This document shows, one piece after another, positions 59,681 to 64,000 of a stretch of DNA of 64,000 bases; position 1 is the stretch's first letter, and each line of letters starts with the position of its first letter. The stretch comes from Eledone cirrhosa. Taxonomy: Eukaryota. The translations under genes and the position numbers were made by a program. Below the pieces are notes generated by a model, which ran no database searches, had not been told where the DNA came from, and was given only the letters and a program-made list of their open reading frames with translations. The stretch is from positions 99,324,001-99,388,000 of the forward strand of contig OZ024746.1 of assembly GCA_964016885.1 (NCBI GenBank), read 5' to 3'.

Positions 59681-59984
59681 GCGGTGGGAGTTCGGCTCTT
59701 CCGTGTTCGGACACATTGCACCTGTCATGTGGATCACGTGATAATTTCATTTTACGTGCAGGAAACAGACAGAGAGAATAACAGAGAGGGTTGGAATAAG
59801 TGAAGTAGGGCGTTGGTGGGTTGGTTGAATAGACGAGGCGGGGGGAAATCGGGAATGTATAGTATACGTTCGTAAATATGGGATTTCTTGTAACGTTCTT
59901 TTTTTGTCATATATTATGTTTTTTTAAATGTAAAATAAAATAATTATTAGATTCTCCAGCTGCTGTATCGATATATCAATATGA

Positions 59985-60330
59985 ATCATCTTCATCATCA
60001 TCATCATTTTACGTCCGCTTTTCCATGCTTGCAAGGGTGGGATGGGTCCTATTCAGGACAGCATCTCTCCACTTGTCACGGTGCTTCATCTCCTCTGTGA
60101 GCTACAGCGATCTGAGGTCTGCTCTCACCACCTCCGCCTATCTTTTTCGTGGTCTTCCTCTACTGTGTCTTCCTTCTACTGGGATTTCTTGGCACTTCTT
60201 TACCCAGTGGTCATCCTCCATGTGCATCACATGTCCATACCATCTCAGTCTTCTCTCCCGCACACCACAACTTACCCCTCTTATACACATTTTCTCTCTC
60301 AACTCACTTATGATTGGTCGTTCAAACACA
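59985..60330 (-). mobile_element. RTE-clade LINE 3' end with a (GAT)n tail
   Basis: RERRLRWYGHVMHM..WVKKC..VEG..RGRPRKR. catcatcatcat tail seen on the plus strand. Confidence 0.85.
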
Positions 60331-60467
60331 TTGACATGAATTACAATAAAATTTCACCGGAGATAGATTAGCAAAATCTAATAGACGGTGGGGCTGGAAG
60401 AAATCTGAAAAATTAATAAGCGGGGTAGGGGGACGATTATTCAAGACCTGAGAGCACACATACACGC

Positions 60468-60555
<88 letters not shown>

Positions 60556-60904
60556 GGAAGAGGCTATGTAGCCGGTAAGAGTGTCAGACACCAAGAGCTG
60601 CAGCCCAAGTTAAGAGAATTTGAAATATTTCCACCATAAATTGATTATAAACAACTTAAAATCATTTAGTCGTCCATTTGTAACATACATTACACTTTAG
60701 TTACATACACACACATCTACAGGTAAAACATAAACAGATAGAGACAACAGAAAGAAGGTGAAACGCTATAGCAATGTGTGTTGTGTCTCTCTGGGGTTTA
60801 CCGGCTATATAGCCTATTCGTATATATATATATATAACAAAGGAATTGTGGTAAGGAACCAGATGGACCATAACGCACCAGAGTACTCAATACTTAGGGT
60901 AGTA

Positions 60905-61030
60905 GAGTGGGAAATAGAAAAAAGTATGACCCCGACGGCAGAGCTCTAGCCGTTTCGACGGCTATTTCTGGACTCAGAAATAGCCGTCGAAATGGCTAGA
61001 GCTCTGCCGTCGGGGTCATACTTATTCCTA
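60905..61030. repeat. Palindromic insertion, arms carry the HHR 3' half
   Basis: aagtatgaccccgacggcagagctctagccgtttcgacggctatttctg and its mirror. Contains GAAA-CGGC-TAGAGCTCT-GCCG-TC. Related to 36378-36640. Confidence 0.85.
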
Positions 61031-61080
61031 TATATATATATATATATTCGTGAATTTTATATACTCCGAGCGAAAAGAAG

Positions 61081-61161
61081 CCTCTGATGAAAGTCTTTCT
61101 TTTCAATGGATTTCCGCATGGATTATCCATTTATTTTGAGACTTGAAACCGTCCGGTAAGG
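61081..61161 (+). ncRNA. Type I HHR
   Basis: CCT-CTGATGA-AAGTCT...AGACTT-GAAA-CCG-TC-CGG-TA-AGG. Confidence 0.82.
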
Positions 61162-61230
61162 GTAATTACAGCAGGTACAGTGAACTTTTTAAAATTTATT
61201 TTAAAACTTTTTCTTATTTGCTAAATCTTG

Positions 61231-61325
<95 letters not shown>

Positions 61326-61708
61326 TCACACTCACACAGACATGCACGCACACTCCAACATATCCTGTTTCTCACCCTCTTTATCTCTGGTTTAGTCTAT
61401 TTTCTCTTTCTCCTCCTCCAAAACATCTACTTAATGTAAGTGTTACAAGACGTATTTATAATGTCTCAAGATAAAACATTTAAATCGCCACAAATGCCGA
61501 TTGGATTGCTACAAACCAACAACACTTTCTGATGTCAGCCAGTTTTACTCCCACAACACGCTTTCTCACAACTTTTTCGTTGACTTAAAAGATAAATAAA
61601 CGCTTCAGCCTGACTTGTTGATTAGGTTTATCTAAATGTTAAACCCACAGAGAGTATATTATCACCGATCGTTATCAACCACCCCCGTGTGTGGTGAGTG
61701 TGTGAGCA

Positions 61709-61747
<39 letters not shown>

Positions 61748-61844
61748 CAGGGAGTGTAACTTGGAGTTACTGCAGGTTCACCCGGGTGAGCACTCGATGT
61801 TTAGGTTCACTTCTGTGTTGAGGTGTAGAGCTAGACAGTGTATT

Positions 61845-62025
61845 ATAGTGAAAAGATAACAAGGACGATTGGTTACTCCTTCATTACATTTATTGGTTGG
61901 TGACGCGCGTTTTGCCACTGAGTCGGGTAAGATCGATATAGATCGAACCTTGAGCTGATCAGTGGCGAAACGCGCGTCACCAACCAATAAATGTAATGGA
62001 GTAACCAATCGTCCTTGTTATCTTT

Positions 62026-62032
<7 letters not shown>
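61845..62032. repeat. Palindromic insertion, arms carry the HHR 3' half GAAAC-GCGC-GTC
   Basis: atagtgaaaagataacaaggacgattggttactcc ... ggagtaaccaatcgtccttgttatcttttcactat. Confidence 0.85.
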
Positions 62033-62076
<44 letters not shown>

Positions 62077-62169
62077 TTTACATTATTTAGAAAACGTATG
62101 AGAAACACAAACATAAACACAAGGACAAATCCCGCTCATCAGCTGTCTATCGTGGGTCACTGATGTTTC

Positions 62170-62229
<60 letters not shown>

Positions 62230-62372
62230 ATAATAATAAATATGAAGACTAAAATCCAAAGGGGCTCGATAAGGAGGTTCAGAAGATCCCGTTAAGGGTG
62301 AAAGCAGCGATTCTTTGCTTAATCTTTAATCTGTTATTTTAATAAATATTTGCTCTAAGGTTCTTATATATT

Positions 62373-62478
<106 letters not shown>

Positions 62479-63091
62479 TATTTACATATACATAAACTAG
62501 ACAGAGCCATAGATATATATATGCGTTTTGGGCAAAAACGCATATATATATATATATATATATGGTCCTGTCTAGTTTATGTATATGTGAATCTATATAT
62601 TTTATAAACTCCCGTATGGTTGAATAACAATTTAGGCAGTATTCGTCTGCGCTTTCTAGCAACCAGCCTACTCGCCGTCAGGCACCAATCACAAGCTTTC
62701 TAACTTGACCACTGGCCATGTGACGATTCTTAGCCATTTTGAATTCGTTTCTAGCGGGGATCATTTAAGAAAAATCTTTGTCCAATTGAGTTTGTTTCAT
62801 AATTTTGGTATGTTTATGTACATTTTTTCTTCTAACTTTGATTTTGTACCTAATTGTGTATGGTTGGCTATATGTATAATCGATTTCTACAGGCTATTAG
62901 AAATACTAGGTAAATCTTCTGTGGCTGTTGATCGTGGATAAAATAGCTATCATTTATTTATCTATTGTTTCTTCATAGGTACATATAAAACTTATAGCCT
63001 CGTTTAATTGATATTTTTGTGTGGTTAATTATGCTGATTGGGAGAAGAAATACTGTATATATTTTATCAAATGATTCTATGGACTTACTTT

Positions 63092-63142
<51 letters not shown>

Positions 63143-63229
63143 AGGAGGTGAGTTTTATTGTAGTACAATAAAGCAATGCAGATATCGGATAAGTAGCACT
63201 CTACAGTTTGTAGGACTGGAGTATAAATA

Positions 63230-63475
63230 ATATATAAGATCAAAAGATGGTTAAAAGAGTTCCATGTATTTTATTATGCGCATTTCAAAACTACATCAAT
63301 CTAAAACTACTTTTCATATGTTGATTTAAAACTGCACTATCCACAAGTGTGTTTTAACCTTCATATCATGTCTCCCTATTTTATCTGACGAAAACGCAAA
63401 TGTTATTGCATGATGATATTTGTTTTTGAAATGCGCATAATAAAATACATGGAACTCTTTTAACCATCTTTTGAT

Positions 63476-63482
<7 letters not shown>
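63230..63482. repeat. Palindromic insertion with a complete HHR in the right arm
   Basis: ataagatcaaaagatggttaaaagagttccatgtattttattatgcgcatttcaaaa and its mirror. Confidence 0.88.
63377..63447 (+). ncRNA. Type I HHR
   Basis: TATTTTAT-CTGACGA-AAACGCAAATG...TATTTGTTTTT-GAAA-TGCGCA-TA-ATAAAATA. 8-bp helix I, palindrome ATGCGCAT. Confidence 0.82.
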
Positions 63483-63548
<66 letters not shown>

Positions 63549-64000
63549 TACAATGATATTAAATAAATGGAAACTATATTTATAAAACCATATTTATTCT
63601 ATTATATATATTTTAAGGGTATCAAAAGACTTTGGTACGCTTTCATAAAATAAAATACAAAGAGTGTTTTATAAATTTTGACATAGCCAAGGAAAATCAT
63701 AGCTTATCAGTTGAATATTCCCTGGGTAGTGAGAATATAGAATGGATTTTTCAAACTTATGGATGTATATGGAAATGAATATGTAAATAATTGAAAAACC
63801 GTTATTTTAAACGCTAAGGAAAGTTTAGATATATAATAATAAGAGAAAAGGAAGGAAAAAAGAAAAGGAAAGATAAAGGAAGACCACATATAACGTTAGT
63901 TTGGGGGAAATATATTCGAACATTTATCTATGTATATATGTAAGTATTTATCTTATTATATTGTAGTCGGTTAAATATATATATCTATATATATTTTAAT

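Noticed and set aside
62125-62172. Permuted HHR-like motif on the minus strand (GAAAC...CTGATGAGCGGG)
   Set aside because: Helix III and the cleavage triplet could not be paired convincingly.

Overview
Repeat-saturated eukaryotic non-coding DNA, most likely from an octopod cephalopod (inferred from the tRNA-SINE families and the very large (TA)n/(TACA)n/(CA)n fields). No intact host gene was recognised, and most ORF-track entries are translated microsatellites. The real coding remnants all come from mobile elements: R4/Dong-type, CRE-type, RTE and CR1/L2-type LINEs, Penelope-like elements (RT and GIY-YIG) and a Tigger/pogo transposase, alongside MITEs and SINEs. The main discovery is a hammerhead ribozyme (HHR) and retrozyme system. 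A 5.7-kb array at 43582-49283 holds about 18 apparently identical 311-bp units, each with a complete type I HHR, and switches orientation three times. Two diverged relatives lie at 16149-16590 and 54291-54390. About 18 further HHR motifs from several families are dispersed across the window, many in palindromic insertions embedded in (TA)n, which points to Penelope-driven mobilisation. Also notable are a 66-bp satellite with a 788-bp higher-order repeat derived from a CRE LINE endonuclease segment, and an R4-type LINE found twice tail-to-tail with the (ATGT)n tail of an RTE-derived non-autonomous element. All structures were read by eye and coordinates are approximate to a few bases.
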